Below are positions 1-11,914 of a DNA stretch of 64,000 bases, one piece after another (within the stretch, counting starts at the first letter, position 1; every line of letters starts with the position of its first letter). The stretch lies in the NCBI GenBank assembly GCA_046484865.1, contig JAWOID010000144.1, positions 32,001 to 96,000 of the forward strand, written 5' to 3'. This DNA is from Candidatus Krumholzibacteriia bacterium. Lineage in GTDB: Bacteria; Krumholzibacteriota; Krumholzibacteriia; LZORAL124-64-63. The notes beneath the pieces are model-generated. The model was not told where the DNA came from and did no database searches. It saw nothing but the letters and a program-made list of their open reading frames with translations. Both the position numbers and the translations under genes were made by a program.

Positions 1-266
1 ACGCGCTCGTCGGCGTCCAGGAAGAGGATCCAGTCGCCGGTGGCGGGGGCGAGGCTCGCGTTGCGGGCGGCGGCGAAGTCGTCGCTCCAGGGGTGATGGA
101 CGACCCGCGCCCCGGCGGCCTCGAGCAGCGCCACCGTGCCGTCGCCGGAGCCGGTGTCGACCGCCACCAGTTCGTCCCACAGGCCGGCCACACGCTCGAG
201 GAACCCGGGCAGCATGGTCTCCTCGTCACGGACGATCACGCAGAGGGAGAGTCGGGGCTTGCTCAC
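1..266 (-). CDS. Glycosyltransferase family 2, N-terminal part (runs off the window edge)
   Basis: Not in the ORF track. Manual translation from GTG at 266: MSKPRLSLCVIVRDEETMLPGFL...VDTGSGDGT...WSDDFAAARN...WILFLDADER, which has the GT-A motifs and a DxD. GGAAGGA RBS upstream. Confidence 0.9.
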   Translation of the reverse strand, partial: MSKPRLSLCVIVRDEETMLPGFLERVAGLWDELVAVDTGSGDGTVALLEAAGARVVHHPWSDDFAAARNASLAPATGDWILFLDADER

Positions 267-313
267 GGGGATCCTTCCTCCTGCCGCGGCGACCGGTTCC
301 GCCGCTGGTGACC

Positions 314-341
314 GGGCACGGGATGTGCAATAACTATTCCC
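314..341. promoter_or_regulatory. Two overlapping, divergent sigma54-like (-24/-12) elements
   Basis: + strand GGGCACG-GGAT-GTGCA (314-329); - strand GGGAATA-GTTA-TTGCA (341-326). Both are GG-N10-GC and share the GC at 327-328. Confidence 0.4.
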
Positions 342-442
342 GTGGGGAGGCGGGCCACGGCCCCGGCGGTCGCCCGCCGCCCCGCCGCGCCGGGCGCCGG
401 CGCGCGTCCGACCCGTCCCGCCGCGACGACCCGGAGGCACCG

Positions 443-1330
443 GTGAAGGTCGACAGCAAGATCTACAAGGGTCCGCTGGACCCGCGCACCATCATCGGCT
501 TCTACCACGTGGACCTGCGCTACCGCGACCACGACGCACTGAGCGACGTGTCGTTCAGCATCGCGAACGGCGAGTTCGTCTGCATCACCGGACCCAGCGG
601 CGCCGGCAAGAGCAGCATCCTGCGCCTGATCACCATGGACCTGCTGCCCACGCGCGGGCAGGTGATCGTGCGGGGAATGGTGTGCACCCGCATGAACCGC
701 AAGCGCATCCCGCTGCTGCGACGCGAGGTGGGGTACGTGTTCCAGGATTTCCGGCTGCTCGACGATCGTGACGTCCAGGACAACGTGGCTTTCGCGCAGC
801 TCGTGGTGGGGGTGCCGGGACACCTGATCAAGCAGAACGTCACCCGCGTGCTCACCCAGGTGGGGCTCTGGAACAAGCGCCACCGCCTGCCGCATCAGCT
901 CAGCGGCGGCGAACAGCAGCGCGTGGCGGTGGCCCGCGCGATGGTCAACAGCCCCAAGATCCTGCTCGCCGACGAACCCACCGGCAACCTCGACCCGGAC
1001 ACCGCGCAGGAGATCGTCGACCTGCTGTTCCGCATCAACGACGGCGGCACCTGCGTGATCTTCAGCACCCACGACCACGACATCGTGCGGTCGTTCGGCC
1101 AGCGCGTGATCGTGCTGCGCGACGGGCGGGTCGCCTCGGACGAGGAGCGCTGGCTGCCGCAGCGGCGCCAGCAGCGGCTGACCGATGCCATGTACCGCGC
1201 GCAGGAGCCGGTAGCCAGACCGGCGCCGGCACCGCAGTCGCTGCAGCAACCCGGATGGCCGGGGCCGCCGGGGTCGCCGGGGCCGCAGGCGGGGCCATGG
1301 CCGGCGAGGGAGGACCGCACCCATGCTTAG
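443..1330 (+). CDS. ftsE: Cell division ABC ATP-binding protein FtsE
   Basis: Walker [42 protein letters not shown]; directly upstream of ftsX. Start set at GTG 443 after GGAGG (ORF track begins at 308). Confidence 0.93.
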   Translation: MKVDSKIYKGPLDPRTIIGFYHVDLRYRDHDALSDVSFSIANGEFVCITGPSGAGKSSILRLITMDLLPTRGQVIVRGMVCTRMNRKRIPLLRREVGYVFQDFRLLDDRDVQDNVAFAQLVVGVPGHLIKQNVTRVLTQVGLWNKRHRLPHQLSGGEQQRVAVARAMVNSPKILLADEPTGNLDPDTAQEIVDLLFRINDGGTCVIFSTHDHDIVRSFGQRVIVLRDGRVASDEERWLPQRRQQRLTDAMYRAQEPVARPAPAPQSLQQPGWPGPPGSPGPQAGPWPAREDRTHA

Positions 1331-2210
1331 CGGCTCGCAGATCCGCTACCTGGCGCGCGAGTCGTGCGCCGGCTTCGTCCGCCGGAAACTGACCACCGGT
1401 GTGACGATCCTGATCATGGCCGCGTCCCTGCTGGTGCTCGCGCTGTTCGTCGTGGCCACCCTCAACCTGGGCGCGCTGCTGGACACCGCGCGCGAGGGCA
1501 TCGACGTGCGCGTCTTCCTCCGCGACGGCCTTACCGCCGAGCATCAGGCCGAACTGCAGCCCCGGCTCATCACCCTTCCGGGCGTGCAGGAGGTGCGCTT
1601 CATCACCAAGGAGATGGCGCTCGCGGAGTTCCGCGCCGGTCTGGCCGAGGACGCCGACCTGCTGGACGCGCTCGAGGAGAACCCGCTGCCGGCATCCTAT
1701 CATCTCGTGCTCGTGGACGAGGCGCGCAACGCGACGGCGGTGCGCGCCATCGAGGCGGAGGTGGCGCTCTGGCCCGAGGTGGAGGACGTGGTGTTCGGCC
1801 AGGAGTGGATCGGCGCGCTCGAACGCTGGCACGAGCGCTTCCGCCTGGCCAGCCTGGTGGTGAGCCTGGTGGTGTTCATGGCGGCGGTGTACGTCATCTC
1901 CAACACCGTGAAGCTCACGATGGCGGCCCAGCAGCGCACCATCGAGATCATGAAGCTCGTCGGCGCCACCAACGCGTTCATCCGCACGCCCTACCTGGCC
2001 GAGGGGATGCTCGAGGGGCTGCTGGGCGGCGCCCTCGCGATGGGCGCGCTGGGCGGCACCTACCTGGCGCTGCGCTCGCAACTCGAGGGACTGATCTTCT
2101 TCTCGGGCCCGCAGCTGGTCGGGTTCGTCCTCTTCTGCGTGGCGCTGGGCTTCGCCGGCAGCTGGGCCGCCGTGCGCAAGTACCTGCATCCGCCCAGGGT
2201 GAGCCGGTGA
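1323..2210 (+). CDS. ftsX: Cell division permease FtsX
   Basis: Four hydrophobic segments, [25 protein letters not shown]...FIRTPY..EG; overlaps the ftsE stop. Confidence 0.93.
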   Translation: MLSGSQIRYLARESCAGFVRRKLTTGVTILIMAASLLVLALFVVATLNLGALLDTAREGIDVRVFLRDGLTAEHQAELQPRLITLPGVQEVRFITKEMALAEFRAGLAEDADLLDALEENPLPASYHLVLVDEARNATAVRAIEAEVALWPEVEDVVFGQEWIGALERWHERFRLASLVVSLVVFMAAVYVISNTVKLTMAAQQRTIEIMKLVGATNAFIRTPYLAEGMLEGLLGGALAMGALGGTYLALRSQLEGLIFFSGPQLVGFVLFCVALGFAGSWAAVRKYLHPPRVSR

Positions 2211-3454
2211 GGCGCGACGGACCGGTCCGGTGGTCGGGGCGCGGGTCGCCCGTGGCGGTGCTGGCTGCGCTCCTGCTGGCGGGAGCCGCCGCGGCGGGAC
2301 CGGTGCTGCTCGCGTCGGCGGCCACGCCCGATCCGCGAATCCCCCTTGCCGACCAGATCGATGCCGGCGCTCGCGAGCTGGACGGCCTGCGCCGCCAGAT
2401 CGCCGAGCGTCGCGGCCAGGTCGACAGCCTGAGCACGCGCGAGCGCGAGGCGAGCCGCAGCCTGGAGGAGGTGGCCGAGGAGGTGGCCCTCATCAGGACC
2501 CTGCTGGCCGGACTGGCGGAGCGGGAGGTGATGCTGCAGCGCCAGCGCGACTCGCTGCACGTGAGCCTCGAGGAGCACCGCGCCCGCTGGGAGTCGCGGC
2601 AGCGCGACCTGGCGCGGCGCATGCGCTCCCTGCACGTCCGCGGTCCCGAACAGCGCTGGCAGCGGGTGTTCACGGCTGGCAGTTTCTCCGAGCTGATGAC
2701 GCAACTGCGCTTCCAGACCATCCTCGCGCGCATGGACGGCCGCCTGGTCGACGAGACCCGCCGGCAGGCGCGGCTGATCGAGAGCCAGGAGCGCCACCTG
2801 CAGGCGGCGCTCACCGAGCTGTGGCAGTCGCGCGAGGAGGCCGGTCAGGAGCGGCTGCGCCTGGACATGGCCGAGGCCGAGCACCAGGCGCTCCTGCGTC
2901 GGGTGCGCGAGGAGAACCGGACGGCGCAGACGAGCCTGCAGCGCCTGGAGCAGCGCGAGCAGCAGTTGCGCGATGTGCTCGCCGGGCTCGAGGAGCGGCG
3001 GGTCGGCGGCCGGAGCGGCGGCCGGGACGCCGGCGCAGGCGACTTCGCCGCGCTCGCCGGATCGCTGGAGTGGCCGGCCCGGGGCGAGGTGGTACGCGCC
3101 TTCGGGCGATCGGTCCACCCCGATTATCGCACCGTCACCATGAACAACGGCGTGGGCATCGCCGCAGGCGCCGGAGCGCCCGTGTACGCCGTGGCGGCCG
3201 GTGACGTCGTCTTCGCCGATCATTTGCCCGGGTTCGGCGAGTGCGTTATCGTTGACCACGGCGCCGGGTACTACTCCCTCTACGCCAATCTGGGGCGGGT
3301 TTACGCCGCGCGCGGCACGACCGTGGCCCGCGGCGAGATCCTGGCGGAGGTGGCCGCGGCGCTCCCGCACGAGGAGACGGCGGAGCTGTACTTCGAGATC
3401 CGGCAGGGCAAGACCCCGCTCGATCCCACGGGGTGGCTTCGCGCCCGCCGCTGA
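2207..3454 (+). CDS. envC: Murein hydrolase activator EnvC (coiled coil + degenerate M23/LytM domain)
   Basis: Signal peptide, long coiled coil, C-terminal LEWPARG..FG..NNGVGI..V.AVAAG.V..IVDHG..YSLYANL..LYFEIR..DP lacking the zinc ligands; GTGA overlap with the ftsX stop. Confidence 0.85.
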   Translation: MRRDGPVRWSGRGSPVAVLAALLLAGAAAAGPVLLASAATPDPRIPLADQIDAGARELDGLRRQIAERRGQVDSLSTREREASRSLEEVAEEVALIRTLLAGLAEREVMLQRQRDSLHVSLEEHRARWESRQRDLARRMRSLHVRGPEQRWQRVFTAGSFSELMTQLRFQTILARMDGRLVDETRRQARLIESQERHLQAALTELWQSREEAGQERLRLDMAEAEHQALLRRVREENRTAQTSLQRLEQREQQLRDVLAGLEERRVGGRSGGRDAGAGDFAALAGSLEWPARGEVVRAFGRSVHPDYRTVTMNNGVGIAAGAGAPVYAVAAGDVVFADHLPGFGECVIVDHGAGYYSLYANLGRVYAARGTTVARGEILAEVAAALPHEETAELYFEIRQGKTPLDPTGWLRARR

Positions 3455-3487
3455 GCGGCCGCCGGCTCCGCACCCGCGTGCCGTCCC

Positions 3488-4735
<1,248 letters not shown>

Positions 4736-4832
4736 ACCCGCCGCACCTGCCGGCGGGCAGCCGCAGATGGAGTGTGCGGAGCAGGCGAGCGACGATCCTG
4801 GCGGCGCCCTCACGGCTTCCCGCCCCGCCCAT

Positions 4833-4901
4833 GACGCAGCCAGTCGCGACACCGACGACGCGGCCACTCGCGACGCCGACGACGCGGCCACTCGCGTCGC
4901 C
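4833..4901 (+). repeat. ~3 x 24-bp in-frame tandem repeat (DAATRDAD-like) in the RicT N-terminus
   Basis: gacgcagccagtcgcgacaccgac / gacgcggccactcgcgacgccgac / gacgcggccactcgcgtcgcc. Confidence 0.8.
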
Positions 4902-5999
4902 CCCGATCTCCTCGTGGTGGTCCAGTTCAAGGGCCACCGCAAGAGCTACTACCACAACCGGCGCGGCATCTCCCTGGCCGTCGATCAGTACTGTCTGGTG
5001 GAGGCGGATCGCGGGCGGGACCTGGGCCGGGTCACGTACATTGGACCAGGCAAGGAATCGTGGTGGCGCGTGGCCGCGCGGCAGGGCGTGCTGGCGGCGG
5101 CGAGTCCGCTGGACCTGGAGAAGCTGGCGCAGAACCGGGGCGACGAGTGGGAGTACTGGGACATCGCCCAGGAGAAGATCCAGGCGCGCCGCCTGCACAT
5201 GAACCTGGTGACGGTGGAGCGGCAGTTCGACGGGAACAAGATCACCTTCTACTTCACGGCAGAGCAGCGCGTCGATTTCCGCGAACTCGTGCGCGACCTG
5301 GCCGCGGTGTTCCGGACCCGCATCGAGCTGCGGCAGATCGGTGTACGGGACGAAGCTCGCCTCAAGGGCGGCATGGGCATCTGCGGACGCGAGTTCTGCT
5401 GCGCCACGTTCCTGCACGAGTTCATCCCGGTGACCCTGAAGATGGCCAAGGAACAGCAGATGCCGCTGAACCCCGGCAAGCTGTCGGGGCTCTGCGGGCG
5501 GCTGCGCTGCTGTCTGACCTTCGAGCACGCGAGCTACCGCGAGGCGTTGCAGTCGATGCCGCGCGTGGGCTGCCGCATCCAGCGCAACGGCGACTCGGGG
5601 ATCGTGCGCAAGCTCGATCCGGTGCGACGACTGGTCACCTTCCAGGGCGACGATGGCGAGTTGCAGACGTCCGACCCCTCCGAGCTGGTCTGGGAGCGTG
5701 AGCGGCAGGAGGAACCGAACCGACATCCGCCCCGACGCAAGGGGGGCGGCGGAGGCCGGGGGACCGGCGGAGCCGGTGGGGACGGCGGAGGCCGGGGGAC
5801 CGGCGGAGCCCGCGGAGGCCGGCGGGACGGCGGCGCCGGGGGGGACGGCGGCTCTGGCGGCCACCGCGGCAACGGGCCGAAGAGCGGGGGCTGACCCGCG
5901 TCATGTTCCGGGTTTCACCCTCGAGCCTGGATCCGTCTCGCGGGCGATTCCGGCCCGGGCAGGCGAGGTTTCGGCAGGCAGGCGAGGTCTCCTGATTCC

Positions 6000-6938
6000 A
6001 TGATCGACAGTCATGTCCACCTGAACCGCGCCGAGTTCGACGCCGACCGCACCGGGGTCGTCGAGCGGGCCGCGACCGCCGGCGTGACGATGATGCTCGA
6101 GGTCGCCTACGACCTGCTCAGCAGCGAGGCCGCCGTGGAGCTGGCCTCGCCGGCGCCGGAGCGGTTGCGGGCCACGGTCGGCATCCACCCGCACGATGCG
6201 CTGCTCGTCGCCGACGCCGAGGGCCGGATCACCGCCGAGGGACATGCCGCGCTGGACCGCCTGCGCGAACTGGCCGCCCGCTCCGAGGTGGTCGCCGTTG
6301 GCGAGATCGGGCTGGACTTCTACCGCGACCTCTCGCCGCGTCCTGCTCAGCGCGCCGCTCTGGCGGCACAGCTCCGGCTGGCAGGGGAGCTCGACCTGCC
6401 GGTGATCTTCCACACCCGTGACGCGTATCCCGAACTGATCGCCCAGGTGGAGGAAGCCGGCGTCCCGAGGCGGGGGGCCGTCCTGCACTCGTTCGCCGGC
6501 GACGACCATGCCGTGGCCTGGGCCCGGCGGCATGGTGTTCTGCTGGGCATCGGCGGGCCCGTCACGTACAAGAACAGCCGGCTGCCCGGCCTGCTGGCCG
6601 CGGCGGCCGCCGACCTCGGCGCGCCCGGCGACACCGGCACGTTCGACGCGCCCGCCGGTTTAGACGCGTCCGGCGGCCCCGAGACGGGGCGCCATGGTGC
6701 GGCGGCCCTGCTCGATCTCCTCCTCCTGGAGACCGATGCGCCATGGCTGCCGCCGGTGCCCCACCGCGGGCAGCGCAACGAACCGGCGTATCTGCGCCAT
6801 ACTCGCGACCGGCTCGCCGAGGTGCTCGGCGTGACGCCGCAGGAGGTGGAGCGGCGCACGGATGCGAACTTCACGCGCCTCTTCCTGGGCGGCGCCGGTC
6901 CGGTCCTTGCTTGCTCTGTCGGAGGGCACAACCTTTGA
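6000..6938 (+). CDS. tatD: TatD family DNase/hydrolase
   Basis: MIDSHVHL, GIHPH, VGEIGLDF, PVIFHTRDA, VLHSF, LLETDAPWLPP, RGQRNEP. Confidence 0.93.
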   Translation: MIDSHVHLNRAEFDADRTGVVERAATAGVTMMLEVAYDLLSSEAAVELASPAPERLRATVGIHPHDALLVADAEGRITAEGHAALDRLRELAARSEVVAVGEIGLDFYRDLSPRPAQRAALAAQLRLAGELDLPVIFHTRDAYPELIAQVEEAGVPRRGAVLHSFAGDDHAVAWARRHGVLLGIGGPVTYKNSRLPGLLAAAAADLGAPGDTGTFDAPAGLDASGGPETGRHGAAALLDLLLLETDAPWLPPVPHRGQRNEPAYLRHTRDRLAEVLGVTPQEVERRTDANFTRLFLGGAGPVLACSVGGHNL

Positions 6939-7771
6939 GCCGCAGCCAGCTCGCGTTGCTCAGGGCGTACGGCATCCGTCCGCTCAAGCGGCGTGGGCAG
7001 AATTTCCTGGTGGATGCGAACCTGGCGCACGCCATCGCCGCCGACGTGCTGACGATCGGCCGCGAGGTCCTGGAACTCGGCGCGGGAGCCGGCGCTCTGA
7101 CCGCCCCCCTGCTCGAGGCGGGAGCGCGGGTGACGGCGGTGGAGATCGACCGCGACCTCTGCCGGCTCCTGCAGGGCGAGTTCGGGGGCGACCCTCGACT
7201 CGATCTGCAGCAAGAAGATCTGACCCGGCTGGACTGGACCAGGCTCCTCGCGCAGGCGGGAGACCGGCCGGTGGTCGCCGGCAATCTCCCGTACCTGCTC
7301 ACCAGCAAGGTCCTGTTCGCCCTGGCGGACCACCAGCAGCGAGTGGCGGGGGCAGTGGTCATGGTCCAGAAGGAAGTGGCTGACCGTCTGGTCGCGTCGC
7401 CCGGCGGTCGCGACTACGGAGTGCTCGCGGTGATCCTGGGGTCGCTCTTCCACGTCGAGATCAGTCGCACGGTGCCGCCGTCGGTGTTCTGGCCCCGCCC
7501 CGACGTGTCCTCTGCGGTGGTCAGGATGTCGCCGGCCGAAGCCTGGCCCCACGCCGAGCGGAAGCATTTCCAGACCCTGGTGAAGACGTGCTTCGAGCAG
7601 CGTCGCAAGCAGATGGCCACCCAGCTCCGCGACCGCTTCGCACTCGACGAGGGCGAGATCGCCGCGCTCGCGGCGGCGGTCGACTTCGATCCCCAGGCGC
7701 GACCCGAAGCGCTTCCGCGCGCCACGTGGCGCCGGCTCGCCCGGGCCCTGCCGCCGGAGGGGGACGCATGA
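6935..7771 (+). CDS. rsmA: 16S rRNA adenine dimethyltransferase RsmA/KsgA
   Basis: GQNFLVD, VLELGAGAGALT, VEID, GNLPY, MVQKEVA.RL, F.PRPDVSSAVV, FEQRRK; TTG start overlapping the tatD stop. Confidence 0.93.
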   Translation: MSRSQLALLRAYGIRPLKRRGQNFLVDANLAHAIAADVLTIGREVLELGAGAGALTAPLLEAGARVTAVEIDRDLCRLLQGEFGGDPRLDLQQEDLTRLDWTRLLAQAGDRPVVAGNLPYLLTSKVLFALADHQQRVAGAVVMVQKEVADRLVASPGGRDYGVLAVILGSLFHVEISRTVPPSVFWPRPDVSSAVVRMSPAEAWPHAERKHFQTLVKTCFEQRRKQMATQLRDRFALDEGEIAALAAAVDFDPQARPEALPRATWRRLARALPPEGDA

Positions 7772-9996
7772 CCGTCGCGTCCGCCCGGGCGGTCCGGCTC
7801 TGGCCGGTCATGCCGGCCCTGCTGGCCCTGCACCTCGCCGCCGGCGGCGCCGATGCCGCGCAGTTGCCGCCGCCGGCGGCACCGGCCGCTGCGTCCCTGC
7901 TGGCGGGCGCCGGTGCCGGCACCGCCGCCGGCGCTGCCGCCGCCGCCGACGCTGCCGCTGCCGCCGACGCCGCCACCGACGACGACCCCGTGGCCGGCGC
8001 CGCGGCCGACACCACGGCGGCGGACGGCACGTCGTCCGCCGGCCGCGGAGACCGTCCCCTCAGCGCCGCCGATCTGGCCCGCGCCATGAGCGAGGGCACC
8101 GCACCCGCCGCTTCGGACCTGCCCGCCGCCGACGGCGCCGAGATGCCGTTCCTGGTCTCCTGGCGGCACAATCCGGTGTTCCGGGTCGATACCGACGTGC
8201 GCCGGGTGGGCTGGGGCGCCGACTGGACCGAGTCCGTCGTCATGCGCGCCGCCCAGCGGTTCGAGGCGAGCGGCGGCTACGGCCGGGAGGACTATCGACG
8301 GCAGGACCGCACGGTGGACCGCTACGCCGGGAGCGCCAGCTACCTCAGTGGCCAGGCGCTACCTCTGGACCTCTCGCTGCGGGGGGACTGGAGTCGCAAC
8401 GAGGACCGCATCGTCAACACCGCCGGCACCGAGAACCTCAACCTGCGCGACATGCGGACCGCGAGCGCGCAGCTCCGGAAGACCGGCCTGTGGACCGGTG
8501 GATTCAAGCACGACCTCGAGCTCACCGGCCGCCAGGTGGAGCGGAGCGGCGAGAACCAGGGCCAGGCGGACAACGCTTCCGACAAGGATGCGGCCGGCGC
8601 GGTGCGCACGCGCTTCGGCCTGGCGGACGGCGTGCGGGCGGCCACGCGCGTGTACGCGATGACCGGCGAGGGCACGCGCCGCCTGGGCACCGAGACGAGC
8701 CCGGCCCACGATCGCGGCGACACGCTCGGAGCCGGCGTCTACTACGACCGCCCTCATCTGCGCGGCAGCATCGTGGTGACCCGCAGCAACTTCGAGAGCC
8801 AGTACCTCGACTTCCGCAAGAACGAGAACGGTCTGGTGGACACGCTCAACCTGGCTCTGGGCGTCCCGAAGATCGTGAACGAGACCGAGGCGCGCGACGC
8901 ATTGACGCTGCGGTGGAACAACACGGTGCGGCTCGGCCGGCTCGGACTCGAGGGTCAGCTGGCCCGCACCACCGACCGGGTGACCTACGCCATGAGCCGG
9001 GCGGGTCTCCGCGAGCGGCAGGCGGACGAGGCCGGCGCGACGCTCACCTTCGCGGCGGGCCGTGACAGCTTCGCCGTGGGCTACAACTACAGCTGGCGCT
9101 GGGAGGACCAGAAGTACGGCGGCGCCGTCGACTACCGCGGCAAGAAGTACGACATCCGGCGCGAGACATTCATGGGATGGACACACCGGCTCTTCCGCCA
9201 CACCAACCTGATGGTGAACTACCGAGAGGTGCTCAGCCAGACCATCGCCGAGAACGGGTTCGATCAGAACGATCGCGACCGGCACGACCTCGACGTCGCC
9301 GCCGACCTGGTGACGAGCTGGCGCAGCGGCTTCCGCACGAACATGAATTTCCATTACAAGCAGTTGCAGGACGTTTCGATCCGTTCCGCGCGCTCGTCCA
9401 ACAACAGCACCCGGGACACGTACGAGCTGGCCCCCAGCTACGCCTGGGACGTGGCAAGCTGGCTGTCGTTCCGGCAGAGCTTCCGCGTCTTCATCGAGTA
9501 CTCCGACTACCATTACGACGCCTTGCCCCAGACCCGGAAGCGCGACGACTACAACAAGCGCGGCAACCTGCAGACCGAGGTCGTGATCTCGCCCTCACGC
9601 CGGCTGGAGGTGACCGTGAAGCACGATTACGACCAGCGTTTCAATGCCGAGCGCTCGCGTAGCGATATCCTGGGCAACGACTTCTACCAGCGCACGCAGG
9701 AGCAGGCCACCAACCGGTTGAACCTGGACTTCCGCTTCGTGGCGGCGCCCTGGATCACGGTCGAGGGGGCCACCTTCCGCACTCGCGACGTCCGCGACAT
9801 CCTGGGTGCGAACACGACCACGACCGAGCAGTACTCCGGCCAGCTCTGGCTCGGGGCGCGGCTCAGCCAGGACATGGGCGAGTCCGGCCTGAAGATCGCG
9901 GGAACCGTGAGGCGCTACCTGGCCTATGGACCCAACGTCACCGACACGAGCGACGACTACTGGCAGGCGAACCTGACCCTCGACTGGAGCTTCTGA
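7768..9996 (+). CDS. Hypothetical outer-membrane beta-barrel protein
   Basis: Signal peptide, Ala-rich linker, ~600 aa of alternating amphipathic Tyr/Trp/Phe-rich strands, C-terminal beta-signal WQANLTLDWSF; ATGA overlap with the rsmA stop. Confidence 0.7.
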   Translation: MTVASARAVRLWPVMPALLALHLAAGGADAAQLPPPAAPAAASLLAGAGAGTAAGAAAAADAAAAADAATDDDPVAGAAADTTAADGTSSAGRGDRPLSAADLARAMSEGTAPAASDLPAADGAEMPFLVSWRHNPVFRVDTDVRRVGWGADWTESVVMRAAQRFEASGGYGREDYRRQDRTVDRYAGSASYLSGQALPLDLSLRGDWSRNEDRIVNTAGTENLNLRDMRTASAQLRKTGLWTGGFKHDLELTGRQVERSGENQGQADNASDKDAAGAVRTRFGLADGVRAATRVYAMTGEGTRRLGTETSPAHDRGDTLGAGVYYDRPHLRGSIVVTRSNFESQYLDFRKNENGLVDTLNLALGVPKIVNETEARDALTLRWNNTVRLGRLGLEGQLARTTDRVTYAMSRAGLRERQADEAGATLTFAAGRDSFAVGYNYSWRWEDQKYGGAVDYRGKKYDIRRETFMGWTHRLFRHTNLMVNYREVLSQTIAENGFDQNDRDRHDLDVAADLVTSWRSGFRTNMNFHYKQLQDVSIRSARSSNNSTRDTYELAPSYAWDVASWLSFRQSFRVFIEYSDYHYDALPQTRKRDDYNKRGNLQTEVVISPSRRLEVTVKHDYDQRFNAERSRSDILGNDFYQRTQEQATNRLNLDFRFVAAPWITVEGATFRTRDVRDILGANTTTTEQYSGQLWLGARLSQDMGESGLKIAGTVRRYLAYGPNVTDTSDDYWQANLTLDWSF

Positions 9997-9998
9997 CC

Positions 9999-10691
9999 AT
10001 GGCCGAGAACACGAGGAAGGCGAGCGCGCCTGGGGCCGGGACCACCCGACCGCGACCCGGCGCCGTCCGGAGCGGCCCCGGCCGGCCGGCCGGCGTCCTG
10101 CGCCGGACGTGCGCGGCGGCGGCGCTGCTGCTGCTGGCGGGGATGCTGGGGGGATGCCTGTTCGAGCCACGCAGCGCGGAGCCGCCGGTCTCCGGCGACG
10201 TCATCCAGTATAGCCCGCAGACGTCGGCTCGCAGCGTCTGGGCGAACATGGAACTGGCGCTGGAGAACACCGATCCCGGCGGCTGGGACCAGAACGTCTC
10301 GGCCGACTTCAGATACCTCCCGGACCCCGACACCGAGGTGGCTCATCCCACCGTGAACTGGGAGAACTGGGGCAAGGCCGACGAGATGGACTTCATCGTC
10401 GGCTGGTTCGGATCGAACGTGGAGATCGAAGCGGATCTGGTCGACGACCCCATCCAGACCGCCGATCCCGGCGGTCTCACCGGCGAGTGGGAACTGATCT
10501 ACCTGATCCGGGTCACCGACGAGTTCGGAAGGGAGACTCGCTACCGGGGACGCGCCTTCATCGGCTTCGAGTCGCCGGGGAACTTCTGGTACGTCAGCCA
10601 CTGGCGCGACGTCCAGGGCGAGGAAGACCCCGTCTCGGGAGCGAGCCTCCAGACTTTGGGGGCGATTCGCGGAGCCATCGCCGCCAACTGA
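9999..10691 (+). CDS. Hypothetical lipoprotein (possible NTF2/SnoaL-like fold)
   Basis: Lipobox LGG-C followed by LFEPR; starts 2 nt after the barrel gene; similar to 11034-11597. True start may lie further downstream. Confidence 0.7.
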   Translation: MAENTRKASAPGAGTTRPRPGAVRSGPGRPAGVLRRTCAAAALLLLAGMLGGCLFEPRSAEPPVSGDVIQYSPQTSARSVWANMELALENTDPGGWDQNVSADFRYLPDPDTEVAHPTVNWENWGKADEMDFIVGWFGSNVEIEADLVDDPIQTADPGGLTGEWELIYLIRVTDEFGRETRYRGRAFIGFESPGNFWYVSHWRDVQGEEDPVSGASLQTLGAIRGAIAAN

Positions 10692-11033
10692 GCGGTTCCG
10701 CCGGACCGGCTGTCCGGACGACGCCCGGACCGATCGGCGACCCGCCGGCGGGCGTCGGTGGCGAGCCGTCGCAGAAATGATTCCACGCGCGGCGTCTTTT
10801 TGGTATATTGATGTGCGGCGGAGCGGCGGAGCCCGCCGCGCGGCGCGGACGATGTCCGTGCCCGGCCATTCCGTCCAACCTGCAGATCCTGGGGGTGGTG
10901 CGCGTACTCTTTGCTAACCGGCATGATCGTTCACGATGACGTCACCATGTCGAAGGCGAGGAGGCACCCGCGCCGCGCATGCCTGCCGCGGCCGCGCGCA
11001 GGGCTCCTCACCCGCACCAGGAGGTAGGGATCC

Positions 11034-11597
11034 ATGAAACTGCAGCGCCTGTGGCTGATCCTCGCAGCCGTCGCCATGCTGGCGATGTCCGGCTGTATCT
11101 TCTCACCGGATGACGACAACGACGACCCGCCGCCCCCGATCCCGCGCCCGGAGCTCACCACGAAGGATGCGGTGATCACGAACTACGCTCTCGTCTACGC
11201 CGACCGTGACATCGATGCCTACGGCAATCTGCTCCACGGCGACTTCGTGTTCGAGGATACGGATCGGGAGATCACGAACTACGACGACGAGATGACGACG
11301 ACCCGGAACATGTTCACGGAGCAGCCTGGGCGCGACGAGAACGATCGGGTCGTCCCGGGCCTCTCGTCGATCAACGCCACCCTCACGGCGATCGATTCCT
11401 GGCAAGAGGTTTCGCCCGAGCATCCGTACTTCGGCGGCGTCGGCGCGCAGGTTCGCGCCTACCGGGTGGAGTTCATCTTCCAGCCTTCCGGCGCCACTTA
11501 CTTCTTCCAGGTCGAGGGGCCGGCCAACTTCTACGTGATCCCCGTGGACGGTGACGAGTGGCGCCTGCTCGGCATCGAGGATCGCACCGTGATCTAG
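11034..11597 (+). CDS. Hypothetical lipoprotein (possible NTF2/SnoaL-like fold)
   Basis: Strong AGGAGG RBS, signal peptide with lipobox MSG-C followed by IFSP, Pro-rich linker. Confidence 0.75.
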   Translation: MKLQRLWLILAAVAMLAMSGCIFSPDDDNDDPPPPIPRPELTTKDAVITNYALVYADRDIDAYGNLLHGDFVFEDTDREITNYDDEMTTTRNMFTEQPGRDENDRVVPGLSSINATLTAIDSWQEVSPEHPYFGGVGAQVRAYRVEFIFQPSGATYFFQVEGPANFYVIPVDGDEWRLLGIEDRTVI

Positions 11598-11802
11598 CCG
11601 GCCAGCCGGGGCGGCGATCGCAGGTTGCAGCTCTCCGGGACCCGACGCGCCGCGGGCGCGAAGCGTGAGACTGACGATGCACCGCCGGCCCTCCGGGGTC
11701 GGCGGTGCTGTCTGGTCCGGGACTTCCAGGAGGACGGCCCGTTCCGGCTGGGCCGGCCGGCCGGACGGACCCGACCAGCCGGGCCGCCGGTCGCGCGGGG
11801 GC

Positions 11803-11830
11803 TTGACCGCGGCGCGGAGCTTGCTTTAAT
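11803..11830 (+). promoter_or_regulatory. Putative sigma70 promoter of the polysaccharide deacetylase gene
   Basis: TTGACC-N16-TTTAAT with TG extension (TGcTTTAAT). Confidence 0.45.
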
Positions 11831-11914
11831 GGCGGCGATGCTTCGCGAATCGCGCCGGCTGCGGCCGGCCGCCGCCGCCGCTGCTCCGGCGTTCCCCGCG
11901 ACGAGGATGATACG

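Noticed and set aside
10919..10933. CGGCATG-ATCG-TTCA, sigma54-like site upstream of the 11034 lipoprotein
   Set aside because: Lacks the conserved -12 GC; too weak to call.
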